In this document: piece by piece, positions 24,764-25,942 of the stretch
Layout of the letters: every line of letters starts with the position of its first letter
Position numbering within the stretch: position 1 is the stretch's first letter
Origin: Bacteroidota bacterium
GTDB taxonomy: Bacteria; Bacteroidota; Bacteroidia; UBA7662; JAYWHZ01
DNA: 25,942 nt
Assembly (NCBI GenBank): GCA_043777395.1
Contig: JAYWHZ010000356.1
Coordinates: forward strand, 1 to 25,942
Reading direction: 5' to 3'
Position numbers and translations under genes: made by a program
Notes under the pieces: model-generated
Told to the model about the DNA's origin: nothing
The model's input: only the letters and a program-made list of their open reading frames with translations
Database searches by the model: none

Positions 24764-25909
24764 ATGAACAAATTAAAAAGTCTCATCTGGCTCTTTATGT
24801 TGGCAAACGCAACCATTGTTTCGGCTCAAACAAAAAACAGCGATTCGTTGATTTCACAAAACATCGAATTGAACTACCAACAAGCCAAAACCATGCTGGT
24901 CAAGCAAAACCTATCGCTGCTGGCAAACTACTACAACGTGAGCATTGCCCAAGCCGACTTGCTACAAGCCAAACAATGGTCAAACCCCTATTTCAATTGG
25001 AATCAAGACTTGTATAGCAACGAACAAAACAAGTATTTTAACCTCAACAACCAACGATTGGTGCAAATAGACCAAACCATTCACATCGCAGGAAGGCACG
25101 TAAACACCGTAAAACTTGCCAAAATAACCGTCGAACAAGCCAAAATGCAGCTCGACGATGTGCTGCGTGGCTTAATTTTAGAACTTAGCGAACAGTATTA
25201 TGCACTCCATGCTCTCCAACAAAAACAAACACTCTACACCGAAACACTCAAACGTTTTGAAGAACTCATAAGAAACGCCGAAGAAAAACTAAGCGTAGGT
25301 GTCTTGTCCTCAAACGAAGTGTTAAGGCTCAAATCAGAACAAATAGCCGTCAAGGCAGAAGCCAACCAAAACAAAAACGATATATTGGAAACACTAAGCC
25401 AACTACGAATATTACTAAACCTCAACGAAAACACAAACCTCAAAACAATATCCCAAAACGCAAGCACTCAAACCGATGCACTCAAAATAGACGAATTGAT
25501 ATTGGCAGCAATCGAAAATAGACCCGACTACATACTTGGAAAATCAAACATTGATTACTCCAAACAAAACCTAAGACTCCAAAAATCGATTGCTATTCCC
25601 GAAATGACCCTCTCCTACCAACCACACGACAGAGGTAGCAACTACGTGAGACCCTATCAGGGATTCAATGTGGAAGCAAGTATTCCACTTTTCGATAGAA
25701 ACCAAGGTGGCATCGCATCGGCAAAAGCAAAGGTAAAACAAGCCGAAAACCAACAAAACCAAAACGAAAACGAACTCCGAAACCAAGTACAAAAAGCATA
25801 CCTGCAACTCCTCAATAGCAAAATGGGTTTCCAAGACTTCTCCAACGACTTTCTGCAAAAAATAGAAGAAATGAACACCAATGCCGTCAGCAATTACAAA
25901 GTTTATTAA
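24764..25909 (+). CDS. TolC/CzcC-family outer-membrane efflux protein, apparently C-terminally truncated
   Basis: Signal peptide VSA|Q; A..NL.LL; AK.W.NP; Q.I.IAG; G.LS.NEVLRLK.E; A.ENRPDY; L.LQKS.AIP; G..V..SIPLFDRNQG.I..AK. It ends at 381 aa just where the final G..S..E..D helix is expected. Confidence 0.88.
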   Translation: MNKLKSLIWLFMLANATIVSAQTKNSDSLISQNIELNYQQAKTMLVKQNLSLLANYYNVSIAQADLLQAKQWSNPYFNWNQDLYSNEQNKYFNLNNQRLVQIDQTIHIAGRHVNTVKLAKITVEQAKMQLDDVLRGLILELSEQYYALHALQQKQTLYTETLKRFEELIRNAEEKLSVGVLSSNEVLRLKSEQIAVKAEANQNKNDILETLSQLRILLNLNENTNLKTISQNASTQTDALKIDELILAAIENRPDYILGKSNIDYSKQNLRLQKSIAIPEMTLSYQPHDRGSNYVRPYQGFNVEASIPLFDRNQGGIASAKAKVKQAENQQNQNENELRNQVQKAYLQLLNSKMGFQDFSNDFLQKIEEMNTNAVSNYKVY

Positions 25910-25942
25910 TTCGCTTCAACGTTTTCTTATCTTGACCTTGCC
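25899..25942 (-). pseudogene. Fragment of a Txe/YoeB-family toxin gene abutting the TolC 3' end
   Basis: The minus-strand frame from the window edge reads (W)QGQDKKTLKRINKL, the N-terminal helix signature of Txe/YoeB RNases (recognised from memory). It runs into antisense TolC sequence (CNC*) after ~25899. Confidence 0.7.

Overview
Bacteroidota chromosomal segment (SusC/SusD pair, PorW/SprE, TAnnTTTG promoter elements, Gln at +1 after signal peptides). It begins inside a 5S rRNA gene followed by its terminator. Next is a minimal starch-type locus: a GH13 cyclomaltodextrinase/SusA-like gene divergent from susC-susD. A housekeeping and envelope block follows (SAM methyltransferase, gltX, GT9, nucleoside phosphorylase, DUF3575-like barrel, clan AA aspartic protease, NUDIX, rlmI, lipoprotein msrA). 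Then comes a small accessory-looking island with repeat-rich intergenic DNA (membrane protein, stand-alone secreted fibre N-domain, barrel-only Omp85), a porW/sprE-PBP1A-methyltransferase run, and a His-containing leader ORF upstream of a TolC/CzcC gene. The last ~44 bp read as a Txe/YoeB toxin fragment fused head-on into the TolC 3' end, either a chimeric join or a rearrangement. The most notable non-gene signals are a perfect TTGACA-N17-TATAAT promoter overlapping a Bacteroidota -7 box and firing antisense into the GH13 gene, a 31-bp direct repeat pair, and a ~21-bp-phased TTAC array. No mobile element, tRNA or convincing CRISPR array was seen. Family assignments come from motif recognition only; no searches were run.
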